NCBI GenBank assembly: GCA_965233585.1
Contig: CBDDTI010000276.1
Span: 1 to 19,443 of the forward strand
DNA from: a bacterium
GTDB lineage: Bacteria; SAR324; NAC60-12
DNA length: 19,443 bases
Reading direction: 5' to 3'
Each line of letters starts with the position of its first letter. Position 1 is the stretch's first letter. The notes beneath the pieces were generated by a model. The model was given only the letters and a program-made list of their open reading frames with translations, ran no database searches and was not told where the DNA came from. Both the position numbers and the translations under genes were made by a program. This document shows, one piece after another, positions 19,401 to 19,443 of the stretch.

Positions 19401-19443
19401 TCTCGGCAAAGTAAACTAAACAAGGGGGGGCCTGAGAACCCAA

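Noticed and set aside
15986..19419. HTEAFTQRSFY-type and Pro/Ser-rich ORFs
   Set aside because: Translations of tandem repeats, open in several frames, with no domain motifs.

Overview
Eukaryotic genomic DNA, most likely a dinoflagellate (Symbiodiniaceae-like; inferred from GT, GA and GC splice donors, AG|G junctions and repeat-filled introns). The minus strand carries four internal exons (15640-13635, 12620-9021, 8921-8775, 3774-~3291) of a large hybrid PKS-NRPS gene whose start and end are not identifiable in the window. Reconstructed domain order: [KR C-terminus]-ACP-KS-inactive truncated AT-ACP-heterocyclization (Cy)-adenylation, with the serine code DVWHFSLVD and an apparent oxidase insertion after motif A8. 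This is a bacterial-style oxazoline/oxazole-forming module inside an intron-containing gene. Three single-base frameshifts interrupt the assembled exons (probably homopolymer errors; a young pseudogene is not excluded). The introns hold non-coding repeats: a 4.76-kb TA-flanked foldback-like element, a CAGCCACT MITE-like palindrome, a direct-repeat/microsatellite element and several minisatellite arrays. The many F-rich and HTEAFTQ-type ORFs are translation artefacts of these repeats.
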